From Octopus sinensis (Eukaryota), in the NCBI RefSeq assembly GCF_006345805.1, contig NC_043008.1, forward strand, positions 24,800,001-24,864,000: a stretch of DNA of 64,000 nt, given 5' to 3'. Of the stretch, positions 12,281-26,990 are shown piece by piece. The notes beneath the pieces are model-generated. The model was given only the letters and a program-made list of their open reading frames with translations. It did not search any database and was not told the origin of the DNA. Position numbers and translations under genes: made by a program. Each line of letters opens with the position of its first letter. The stretch's first letter is position 1.

Positions 12281-13378
12281 TATATATATAAACGGCAGTT
12301 TGTCTGTCTGTGTGTCTGTGTGTCTGTCAGGTTGTGCCCTCACCCTGACCACTGCTTCCAACTGATTCTGATGAAACTTGACACACACACATAGCCCAAT
12401 GTTATAATTCAAAACTAACGCAGCGAGAATTTCGAAATGTTTCCCCATTTCTGAAAATAATTGATAAATTCGACATGGGGTCGAGAATCTAAGCTTTTTA
12501 TATGCAACACATTTTCTGTTGTAGTTACCAACTTAATTCTGACGTTAGTTTTCCATGCAATACCTTACCATCAGAAAAAATCGATAAAATTATGCCATTT
12601 TGGGAAATCGCGTTCAAATTCAAGATGACATATTTTCGACAATATCTTTCACAAATTGGCAGGAATGTTTTTAAAAATTCACAGCGAGCATCATGTCTGC
12701 TCCAAGGAGCTATATGGCACTTTTTATTCCAATAGGATACTTTATTACTGGAAAAAATCGGTTAATTAAATCATATGTGGCACACATAGCAAACCGATAT
12801 GTGTATTAAACACAAACCACAGACTGTCTAGGGGACGCAACTTGACCTTTTTAACTCTCGGAAGTGGGGTGAGTATCCCAAAATGTATAAAAATGTACAA
12901 AAACGGCAAAAAAGCGGGCAATGTAAGTGACAACAACGAAAAGGTCAAAAGTGACCAAACTGAACAAACGAATGGAAAAGGCTTTTTAGTGCACACGACA
13001 AAAGCGGTTTATAATAAACCAAGAGTTTGCAAGTAGCGCCCGAGGACCCTTAGGGTACGTCAATAATTTAAGGTAAAACGTTTGGGGTGGTAGTTATAAA
13101 GAAAGTTTAAACAAAAAAAGTATTCGAATAACTTGCGGCTGCAGCAGCTATTAGCAAAAGTGGCGGTGTTGGGGGTAAAGTCTCGAATGTAATTTCTTCC
13201 TGGTAGGAATTGGTTGGGTTGAATTATCGATAGCTTTTTGATAGTTATTTGGGAGTTAAGAGAAGACATTGCAACCTACACATGCGCCTTCGCTCCCTAG
13301 AGGGACAGGACTAGATTGGGATTAGTCGTTGCCTACTAGGGGCTCTTACATACCCGGGCAACGCCGGACTTGTTGCTA

Positions 13379-13379
<1 letters not shown>
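12281..13379 (+). mobile_element. Non-autonomous Helitron-type element
   Basis: The 5' end emerges from (TA)n into a CTGT-rich microsatellite; the 3' end has a CCGG..CCGG hairpin (13354-13367), then CTAG (13376-79), then T; embedded in TA arrays. Confidence 0.7.
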
Positions 13380-13424
<45 letters not shown>

Positions 13425-14289
13425 GTATGCATGTATGCATTTGTTTTGCAAGATTCCCACTGTAAAATCATTTGTTGAAAGAAGTATCGTTACACCTGAA
13501 AATTCTTTTGCCAGTTAAACATACGCATTATTTTTTTGACCTTCACTCACCTTTATTATTAGTATTTTTAGTTCATAATAAAATAATAAGGCTAAAATGA
13601 AGATCAAATAAATAGTGCGTGTGTTTAATCAGTAAAAGATGATCATTCATAAATATAACAATATGTGTGTGTGTGTGTGTGTGTGTGTATGCGTATGTAT
13701 GTGTATCTGTGTGTATCTGTGCGCGTGTGTAGTTGTAGGCCCTTCTTTCTTAGCTAGAACAATTGATATTCCATTAGTCAGTACTGAATTATATTTGAAG
13801 AAACTTAGCACAGAAAAAAGGGGTTAAATTGAAGCGTTTAAGTCAATAAAACAAATACAAATCACAAATGAAAAACGAATACGCGTAGATAGGGATAAAT
13901 TCAATCTTTTGACTGCAAAATTTAATTTCATGCTAATTCCGGTATTGATGTTAATTATTCACCAGAATATAGAATTGATAAATTTTACTTCTGCAATATT
14001 TTTTCAGTATCCCCTATATTTGATATCCACCCCTAAGAGTATTTGTTTCTTGCTCTGTAGAGAAATACTTCATCAAATATTGGATCATCCCTTAAATAAT
14101 CAAGTTTTTTTATACTTCTTTTATTTTTCAAAATTTAGATAAACAAAGTTCATTTTCATTCAAAATATACTCTCCGCCATTGTCTACAATGCCCTTTCCT
14201 GTACCTGGTAGATTTGCAAAGCTCCTCTTCCAAAATTCACTTGTGCATGACCTAAAATTCTCCTCCAGTACTATTCAGACCTCCTCTAC

Positions 14290-15115
14290 AGAAAAAAAAA
14301 ACATGGAAAGAAATGATGTACGGTCAGTTTGCAAGTGATGTGAACGCGAAGACAGACACAGAGGCTCGGTAGCTATGAGTGACGAGGAGTGACCTGAAAA
14401 TAAAGACTCAAGCATTCATACACACAGCTTAGGAACAAGAGTTAAGGACCAAGAATACGAAATACAGAATAGACATCTCTATCGATAGCGACAAATGCAG
14501 AATGTGTGGTGATATTGCGCATCGTTAGCGAATGCCCGAAATTGGCACAACGCGAATAGAAAAGATGCCATGACAATAAGGCAAGAATGATCTATTGGAA
14601 GCTTTGTGGAAATCACAAAGAGCAAAGACGTGTTATGAGCAAACCCCAGAAGGAGTCATCGAGAACGAGAATTGCAAAATCCTGAACGATGCAACGATCC
14701 ACTGCGATCACCTGACCAGACATTTTTCTGGTGAATAAAAAAGAAAGAACATGTATGATAATCGACATAGCATGCCCTGTTGACAACAATGTGAAAGGGG
14801 AAGAAAAAATAAATAATTATGACGATTCGAAGTGGGAAAAACGAAGGTTGTAGTCAATGAAGAGAGCAGACGTGATACCAATAGTAATTGGTGCACTTGG
14901 AAGTATCAGCGCTCAACTACCAGCATGGCTGAAAAAGATTGAGGAAGTGTGAATGTAGAAAACCCACAAAAATCAGCGTAGTTTGGAACTGCAAGAATTC
15001 GCAGGGTTCTTGAAGCCTGACCAATAAACGAGTGTCACCACAATCTGCTGGCTATGGACAGCCGATACTTTCCATCCTACCCAGTAAAATAAGCTGTGAG
15101 TTTTCAGATGATAAT
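14290..15115 (+). mobile_element. Decayed 3' fragment of an RLE-type LINE (same subfamily as 7305-8105)
   Basis: Colinear with 7305-8105 starting at GGAAAGAAATGATGTACGGTCAGTTTGC; same 3' UTR; (TAA)n tail at 15110-15150. Confidence 0.8.
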
Positions 15116-16834
15116 AATAATAATAATAATAATAATAATAGTAATAACAATCGCATATCAGTCACAAGCGTCCAAAGATACTAAAATATACGAAAATTTC
15201 CCTCGCAGTTAGATCGAAATTAATAAGTGGAAAGTAAAACAGTTTACAAATAGGAAATGTAGGGTAAGAAATATTGTTGCCTTCATTATTTTCTGAAGCT
15301 GTTATTGTTATTACTTTGAAGAAAATGTTCCTTCTAACCCATTTTCGTTGTTTTATATCGAGTCTTCTTCCTTTGAAAAATTTCCTCATTTTAACGGATT
15401 ATCACCAACGGTTGGTAGGTTTCATTTGCAATCATTCAATCTTTCTTGTAACTATATGAATTAATAGTATTCGCTGGCACTGTTCCAAACGAGATGTTAG
15501 CTCACCTATTTGGTGGGCGCAAAATTAGCTCATTTGCCATCCCCTGTGTTTTGTAAGCTCATTTGCCATCCCCTGATGCTAGTCAGTTTGTTTAACTGTT
15601 GCAGTTCATCATCATTATTTTCGTTTTTGTGTTTTTGTTTAGTCTCAACTTTTTCTGGAAAATATAACAAGTACGCTTTCTGCTCTGTATATAATTCGGT
15701 AAATTCTGCTGGACACAATTTCAGTAGATCTGTGTGATCTTCAGGTGGTTATTAAGACTGGCAAACTAATTTTGATGTCCCTTGAAGACACATCTTCCTT
15801 CGTTAGCCATTCTTTGGTCATTGGCCCATACTGTAATGCAAAAGTAATGACTAGTCACGGATCTATCGCATTTCCTTTTACCCATATTGTTTCTTTTGAA
15901 ACTGAAGTACAGTGGAAGTATGTTTGGCAATTTCAACCTGTGATTCGTCTGCATCTTCAGTCAATAATGGACATTAGACTATTCCATATTTTTTTCATTT
16001 TGCAATTAAGATTCCTCTAAATATGTCTTGGAAAGCTTATTGTACTACTTTAATATGAGGCAAATATTTAATTCCTTTGCATGTATTCACAAGCAAAGTT
16101 ATCTAATTTTCGCTGTCCTTCTCACTAGATTCTATCACGTGGAAAAGAATTGTTTCCGATTACGCAAAAACAAAAAGAACTCTTTTGTTCAATATTTCAA
16201 AGGGAACTAATGCAACTTCTGTATGAATGGACTAAAGTGTCTGACCTTGCAATACACGCTACTGCTGTTATTCTTATCCTTACTGTGATATTCGCAACTA
16301 TCTGTTTACTAAACCAGTCATTCCTCCAACTATTTGTTCATTCTGTTGTGTGTTTGGCTGAGTTTTCCTTTTCTTTGCAATTGTTCGATATTGTAGCATA
16401 ATTATTTATAGTAACGGTTTTTCATATTAAAATGTAATATGTATAAAAAACATTTCAACATATTGTAAAACAAATGTTTTTTTTAAATTTTTACTTTCTA
16501 CTTCCAGTTGTTGAAGAATATTTTTCTTGGGTTATTATAGTTCTTACTTATTCATAATCCAAGAAAATTCCAATTGGAGATTATTGAAAAATCGTGCCTC
16601 AACGAGAGAAATATTAACGGCTTTGTATTACGTGAAACAAATCTAACAACAACAACGGTACTACTACTACTACTATTACTACTACTACTACTACTAATAC
16701 TACTACTACTACTAATACTACTACTACTACAACAACTACTACTACTAATAATAATAATAATGACGATGAGGATGAGGATGATGATGATGGTGGTGGTGGT
16801 GGTGATTATGATGATGGTGATGATAATAATTATA

Positions 16835-17210
16835 AAAGAAAGAACGTGCGTGATAATCGACATAGCATGTCTCGATGAGAAAGGGGTCAAAAGAAAAAGA
16901 AGAACTGAACAACTATGACGATTTGCAGTGGGACCTACGAGGTTTATGGTTAATGAAGAGAATAGACGAGGTACTATTGAGTAATTAGCACACTTGGAAG
17001 TATCAACACCCAAATACCAAGAGGGCTTAAAAAGATTGGTACATATGTAAAGGTAGAGCACCTATAAAAAGCAGCATTGCTTGGAACTGCAAGAATTTTT
17101 CAGAGGGTTCTTGAAGCATGATCAGTAAACTAGTGTCCACTTAGTCTGCTGGCTGTGGACAGTTGACTCATTCCATCATACCCAGCAAAATAAGCTGTGT
17201 ATTTGCATCA
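16835..17210 (+). mobile_element. Short 3' tip of the same RLE LINE subfamily
   Basis: KERTCVIIDIAC nuclease motif and the shared 3' UTR; preceded by a compound (CTA)n/(TAA)n/(GAT)n microsatellite. Confidence 0.75.
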
Positions 17211-17214
17211 CGGA

Positions 17215-19036
<1,822 letters not shown>

Positions 19037-20129
19037 AAATAAACTTACTGTGCAGACGAATTACATTTCTCAAATCACAACGAGATATATGCATATATTC
19101 TAATCAAGAACCAATGTTAAGAAAATATTATGACCTGAAATTAAAACCTAGCATTGAATTTATATTTCGAAACTTAAATTGAAAATATCCTTCTTAATAA
19201 ATGTCTATGCATTTACTTCTGGATTTATGACCGTTGCATTCAACTATACGTTATAAGTTATGCACGAATCACTTACGTTGGTCATTAAAGGCGGAATTGT
19301 CAGACTCTGCACTGTGATCCAGCAAAACATTAAGTTTATTTTTAGCGTATTATAAAAGTAATAGCATACACTTTGCGTTTATTAAACCAAAAATGATAAT
19401 CTACAGATACTACAGATATTCCAAAACCAAATTGACAAAATCATTCCTCAGATTCAAATTTACACAGTTGAAATAGTTAATTCTAGGGTCCAGCTTTATA
19501 ACATATATAAAATTATGTATCCCGTACATATGCATACTTCCAACAACAACTGGCCTCTTACGACCTCTTAAACACAGACAAAATGCTGCACTAAATCTTT
19601 AAAATCTAAGGTGCAGCATGAAACGCTCCAGAGGATTTCGCCCTTGAAATTACTTAACATCATATTTCCCTTAAAAAATACTGACAATAGATACTCATGG
19701 CATTGCACTAAATATAAACGTTGCATAACCTTGATGCATTTCTAACTATCTTTACCATCAGTGTATTTTCTGAATTTGTTTCCTGCATCGAGTTCATAGA
19801 CTAAATACTTGACCCTACCATAGAAACAACGTTAAATGGTGGGTAGTAAACTACCTCTCAGGTCACCAGACCATCTTGTATACATTTATAAGACATCTAA
19901 TATTTCAAAGTACCGCAATAAAGTATTACCTTGCTTTACTCCTATTGTTTGCCATGTGTTGACCTGATTCCAAAATAACAGTCTGAGTTTTGCAATGAAA
20001 AAGGACATTGATTTTCTTCAGAGTAGCGACATAGGACAAATAAAACCATCGATCATGTTCGTAAACATAATTATACCTCAAACAGAAATAAAAATACAAT
20101 TCCCTTCCCAAATATTCACTCTAAAAGAC

Positions 20130-20520
20130 TGAATATAATCACAGGCACGATTAAGATAAGCAGCATTAGTGAATAGACAAATCGATCGATCGATTCACAA
20201 CTATGATTGATGCAAGAGTGTGGACACTCCATTTTCACAGGCTCACACAGATCATATAGTAGCAAGCTAATAGCAGGGGGCAATTGTGCTTGTAGGTGCA
20301 AAGAATACAGTCAAACTTTTACATCTTCCTTTTTGGTGATTGGGTCCCACTCTGACATCTATTGTACCTTTACGCCTATAATTCCCTACTTGTTCCCTCC
20401 AACCTACTTATGTACTATTCGATCATCTCTCTTCTGTTTCCACACGACCTCTTCCGAAACAAGTTGTCTGTATATGATAGATAAAATACTATACTGCATA
20501 TTTTAGAAACGGTAATGGAA
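20130..20520 (-). mobile_element. Ancient RTE-like RT remnant
   Basis: Minus-strand fragments SILSIIYRQL, EQVGNYRRKGTIDV (cf. EQAGFR.GRGT.DQI) and I*SV...NGVSTLL occur in RT domain order, with many stops. Confidence 0.4.
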
Positions 20521-21844
20521 AACAGTATTTCCCTTATGTTTCTTCCAATGGGTTTCTGCTTCGTACCTAGCCATTCTACTATCCCTCACTTGGCGTTATT
20601 CAACAACAACAGTATTTTAGGGGCATAATTTGAGGTACATCACTTGTAGCTTTTTCAGTTGTGTTAGTGCCAAGAATGGTGCGAAATACAACCAAATGAG
20701 GTTTTCAGTGGACAACCACTCCACCTTCAGGAAGCTGTTTATTTTTTCCCTTGATCAACGTCAATCGTTTCTATGTTAGCTTTGACTAACCAGTAATTTC
20801 ATGAATTTTACAACAGCAAAAAGATTTCATTTAGTGACCTCTGGTATTACGGGTGTTAACGAATTTATTATCTTAAACTGAGAATCGAAACTGGTTCAAT
20901 TCATTGGTTACCTAATGACTTGTATGTTGCAGGCCGGTAAATTCCACACATAGATTCGATATATTACAATAGGTGCGACTTTATATCAGTAAATAACTTA
21001 TAAAACCATACGTATTACTGCTTCGGTGCACATTCTGATAGTTGGGAAGTAGTTAATTAAAAAATTGTTACGATTCCGATTAGGCACATACCATCTTCCG
21101 GGCACACTATTGTTATCTGTGGCTAACAATAGCACTAATTCTATGAAGCACTAATACTACGAACAAACTCGAGCCGATTAAATTCTCTCGTTCTCTCCCT
21201 CACTCTATATCTATCAATCTATCTCTAGTTTTAGAATATTAAACAGTGCAACTACTTGAAACAAACCAAGCTGATACGATTATATCAACTTTACTTTATT
21301 ACTCAATGAAGTAGAAATTACAAAAACACAGGGAATTTGCTTACTTAGTCACATTTAAACTGGATTCTACTGTAAGTGTTTTATATTGATTCTTATAATT
21401 AACATTCCTTTCGATATTTTCAAAGCAACACGTTCACTTCACTTGAACTAAGAACCCTTTGCAAGAATGCAGTGACTCTTTTAAATTGTCTTATCGGAGA
21501 ATTCTATTATTTGAATGTCACAAATGTAAATGACATTTCTATGGTTTAAAGAAATACATTATTTGTGTGAAGACTGCTATACTTGAAGTCCTATTAAAGT
21601 CTGAGATAAGTGAAAAGTGTGAAATAACTTGATAAATTCTTCGGTTTAAGCTCGAAGAAATAATGCACGATATAGGAACATTTATAACATGTTACATCTT
21701 GCAGCAGAAGACAGTTGTAACATTATCCCATTATAAAACATTTGTCAAATAGAAAATTGAAAGCGATTAAAAAAGTGCAGATATGTATAAGTTAGAATAT
21801 ATTACACACCACGTCAAGCAGTATGTGAAGTCAGAAGTAATATT

Positions 21845-21985
21845 GGATTTCAATTTGACAAAACGCCAGCAATTTTGGGGGTGGGGCTAAATAGATTAGA
21901 TCGACACCAGTTCTCAACTGGTACTTATTTTATCGACTCCAAAAGTAAAGTCGACCTTTTGCGGAATTTGAACTCAGGCAACGGA
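21845..21985 (-). mobile_element. Partial SINE (family 1-related)
   Basis: ...TACTTATTTTATCGAC...AAAGTCGACC...GGAATTTGAACTCAG matches the reverse-complement SINE core. Confidence 0.65.
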
Positions 21986-22409
21986 CGTGAAATTATGACG
22001 ACGATGAGTACCATTATGTGCAGTACATTTCTTTCAACCTAAGAACGCAACTCACAATCTCAGTATTTCACGACAGGCCGTCGACTCGATGACGGTGAAA
22101 AGTAGGTGTGTGCTCTATAACTGCACTCTGTCCTCAGCTTTGCAAGTTGCCTTCCCCATTATGTTTATTGTCACTTATCCTTCTATTACCAAGAATAAAT
22201 CTGAACAAGTTTTTAATTTATAAGGAAATTATGCAAAAGATAAAAAAAGTTGTATATCAAAAAATGACTTTCCGGGCGAAAACTTTCATGGTCGATGAGG
22301 GTCGCCTCGCAGTTACCTAGCTGAGCTAAAATTTGGCATACATTGTTTTTGATAGGAGGGTGAGAGCTAAACTTTGAGAAAGGTGAAAAATAAGGGGCAA
22401 ATAAATAAA

Positions 22410-22842
<433 letters not shown>

Positions 22843-23346
22843 GCAAATTTTGGATTTTGCCTATAGGACCACAACTTGGACAACCTTATTTTCTGGAGTA
22901 CACAGAAAGTTATATCCAAAGTACTAATCTAATAATATAACATACAATAAGAATAAAGTACATTAGATTTAATTATACATTATTTAAACATACTTTTAAA
23001 AAAATATATATACCTTAGCTGTTATTTGTCTGTGGGGACAAAAGATAATATTAATCAACGCTACACGTGTTTCTGCCCTGGTGGTTTGTTTTCTCAGGCT
23101 ATACCTAATACATAAATCCACCAAGCGTCGTCAGGCTATTTTTCTTTTTCTTTTTATTATTAACGGATGCAACTTAATCCTACAAATCCTAAGATTTCTC
23201 CCTTTTAAAAATATGAATAAAATAAATATATATATATCTTCCTAATATATTTTTACAATATTTAAAAAAATTTTGAATAACAAAATTATAAAATTAACCT
23301 CTTAATTATAAATTATAAAATTTAACTCCTAAAAATATAGTAGTGA

Positions 23347-23431
<85 letters not shown>

Positions 23432-25299
23432 AAGTACTAAACATAAACAAACCCTCATCGGCTATTTTATTAAACCACCTATCTACATAAACTTTACGGG
23501 AATTAATAATTTATTTTGGAATTTACTCCTATCAATACTAGTATATATTGCCATTATTATATCAAATGTAAGTTAATAATATTTAAAAAGCCAAAAACCT
23601 CTATGTATGTTATAAATTTATTGATTAACCAAGGAAGAATACTTATCTGCATGTTTACTCCTTCTTTCACCTATGCGAATGGCTGCAGCTTCTGCCCTGC
23701 GCTAGGTATTATGGCAATAATATACACTACTCTAAAAATTCTTTAAGACAAATATCATTTGAGAGGTTGAATTCAAGGGGAGATAATAATATGATACTCT
23801 TTGGGCGTAATTGGATTTTTTTCCTAATGTTAAAGATTTAGAGATTAATTTTATTTACTATGTGGCCTAACACTTTTTAAGGTAATATTCTTTACTTTCA
23901 TACTTGGTTTTATATATATATCCGTAACTAATATTATTATATTATTCTATTAAAACTAAATTTTAACTATCTTCCTCATAATTGTTTAAGAGATTACATA
24001 CTGGGGGGGGGTGTATTTTTTCATATATTTTTCATTTTATTATACGTATAGCTATTTATGTGTCGGTATTTTATTTCCCCTCTTTTTTGTACTGTTCAGT
24101 AATACGTGCTTCGACTGAAGCATTTTCATAAACTCAGTAATGTAGTAGTGCATAAAAAGCATATTTTATTACCTATTCTATAAAACTTACCTCTACTAAT
24201 GATATTACAATTCAGGGTGTATTCTATTTTTTCAGATTTCAATTCTCATATATATTTACTTAGACCTCTCGAATTACATAAGTTGGGATTTTTAAAGGAT
24301 TCATAATGCTGGGAAATTATTCTTTTAATTTCATTCGCTGTGGATCCTATATATTCATTTTTCTTCTTCTTATTATTTGAGGTTACAGAACATTTATAAA
24401 TTACATTATCTCGGCTGCAATCATTATTAAGCCTACATTTTGAATCATCTTTACATATACATTTATTTAGTATAAGATTATGCTTTTTGTTTGTTATATT
24501 TCTTCCGTAGCTATTATTAATATTAGTTAAATTGTTATTATATAATTTATTTAGTTTGACGTTGTTTATAGAGGATATAATATTACTAACGTGATTTTTG
24601 AGAATATTTTCGAATACTCTTTATTTTTTTAAAGGATATTTTTATTATCTTCAGAATTTCTTGAATTAAATTAGTTTTGATTTGGTCCCCATATTATTTC
24701 CTTATGTTTTTTATTATTAATATTACTATTATTATAATTCATCTTATTATTATTGTTCTTTGTTATTGTTTTCTTCGTGGGTATATAATAATTATGCTTA
24801 TTTCCATTCGAATTATTTTTGCTATTATCCTTACTATGATCATTTTTATTAATATTAATATTATTTATACTTATATTTATCTTTATTTCGGTCCTGAAAT
24901 TGTTTATTATTATCTTTGCTATTACCTCTATAGTTAATTTGAGCATTAGGATAATTCCTTGTATTACTATTTGGTCCGTAATTATTATAGAATTTAATCT
25001 TCGTATTATATCCTGCTTCATTTAATTCTCTATTATAGTAAGGGGCATGTTTATTAAAAGTATCTATAGCTGAGGATAATATGGAAAATCTTTTACCTAT
25101 ATTTTCTACTAGTTGTTTTTTGACTGAGCTAGGATGGTTGCTATGGGCATTAATGTCCTTTAGGTACTCGTTTAATTTACGGAAGCAAGGTACTTAACAC
25201 ACAACCACACCTGAGATAGAAGATTTGCAGCTAAAACTCAAAGAGGAGAGAGAAGAATGCCTGTTGATGGGAAATGGAACTACGGTGCAACTAAAAGGG

Positions 25300-26990
25300 A
25301 GGAGGTGAAGGAATCATTGCGTAAGATGACACACCAGTAAGAAGGCACCAGGTATAGATGCGTGTACAGTGGAATGCCTAAAGAAAGATGGAGTGACAGT
25401 GATTGAATGGTTAGTGAGGCTTAGGAATGTTTATGTGGATGGAAGAGTACCAAAGGACTGATGCAGTGCCTGTATAGTGTCACTGTACAATGGAAAATGG
25501 GATAAATGTGAGTGTGGAAATTTTAGGGGAATAGGTCTGATATGTGTGGTTGGTAAACTCTATGGGAGAATTCTGATTGTAAGGATGAGGAATCAGACAA
25601 AGAATGTACTAAGGGAGGAGCAGTGCGGTTTTAGGAGTGGAAAAGGTGTGCAGATCAGATATTTGTAGTAAGGCAGATGTGTAGTAATCTTTTGGCAAAA
25701 GGGAGCGATGTATGTTGGGTCTTTATGAACCTAGAGAAGAATATGACCGTGTCGATAGGGATGCAATGTGGAAGGAGTTGCGGCTGTATGGAGTAGATGG
25801 TAGATTGTTGAGAGTTTCTATAGAAAAAGATGGGCGTGCGTTAGTGTGAGTCGTAAAGTGCCTGTTTTGATGTGAAGGTCGGGTTAAGACAGGTTTGTGC
25901 GATGTCACCGTGATGGATGATGTGGCGAGAAGGGTGACTGCTAGAAGCTTTGGTATGGAAGCCCAAATAGTGGGAGTAAATGGAGAGAAATGGCAAGTGA
26001 GGCAGTTGTTCTTTGCTGATGATACAGCACTGGTTGCAGATTCGGAAGAGCAACTGAGGAGATTGGTGGTAGAGTTTAAAAGAGTTTGTGAGAGGAGTAA
26101 ACTGAAGGTGAATGTAGCTAAGTGTAAGGTGATGGGATGTTTGAGAGATGGAATGGCTGGTAGGATGAATGTGAGTTTAATTGGTGAGATATTAGAGGAG
26201 GTGAATGCTTTTACGTATCTGGGATCGTATGTGACGGCGGATAGAGTGTTGGCCGAGGAAGTGGGATATAAAGTGAGGGAGTTGTGAAAGGTGCTTGGAG
26301 TTGTGAAAGGTATGGTGAGTGATAAACGAAGCAAAAAGAGGTGCGTATATGGTGTAGAGACATAGGGGGCCTGAGACAGACGGACAAGTGGTGACTAGAT
26401 GTGTTTGAGATTAGATGTTTGAAGGCTAAGATTGGTGTGATACGAATGAACAGGACGAGAATGAGGAGGTGCGAAATTGAGTAGGAATGAGAGAAAGTCT
26501 ATAAACCAGAATGGGTAGACTAATGTTGAGCTGGTTTGGCCACATAGATACGATGGATGAGGAGCGGGTGGTAAGGAGAGTAGTGAAGGCAGAAGTGGTA
26601 GGCAGCAAAACCAGAGGCAGACTTCGGTTTGTGTGGATGGATGGAGTGAAGAAACCTTTGGTGGTGAGAGGTGTTGGAGTGCGAGTGGCAAGAGAGTTTA
26701 TATATATGATAGGAAAGCTTGGAGAATGAGTGAATTGATGCTGCTTAAAAGGTTACGGAACCAGCATGACGCGGCGGTGTAAAACCAACATATGCTGCTG
26801 GGCTCTGCTGCTGATATCGGTGGCTGCGTTCTGTGCCTTGACTCGAGCATAGGATGGGTCTCGATTGTTTGAGCTGGGAAATGAATAGAATACCTGGTGT
26901 GAGTCTTGTTGTGGCTACCTCCTCCTATAGGGAATAGGCCTTCATAAATAAAAAAGAATATATACAATTCACCCACAGCAATGGGTAAAT
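25300..26990 (+). mobile_element. 5'-truncated, decayed RTE-clade LINE with 3' UTR
   Basis: KAPGID..., CGNFRGIGLICVVGKLYGRIL, EEQCGFRSG, LFFADDTALV, LSWFGHI..M, RGRLRFVWMDGVK; followed by a GC-richer 3' UTR ending near TAAATAAAAAA (~26945-55). Confidence 0.88.

Noticed and set aside
20116-20301. ORF ending SIDRFVYSLMLLILIVPVIIFSLLE, resembling TM4 of a Cys-loop or chemotactile receptor
   Set aside because: There is an in-frame stop just upstream, no convincing splice acceptor and no other receptor exons; overlapping frames fit a decayed RTE RT better.
24671-25021. 116-aa N/I/K-rich minus-strand ORF and overlapping hydrophobic plus-strand ORF as real nuclear genes
   Set aside because: Low-complexity translation of T/A-rich DNA; kept only under the weak NUMT hypothesis.
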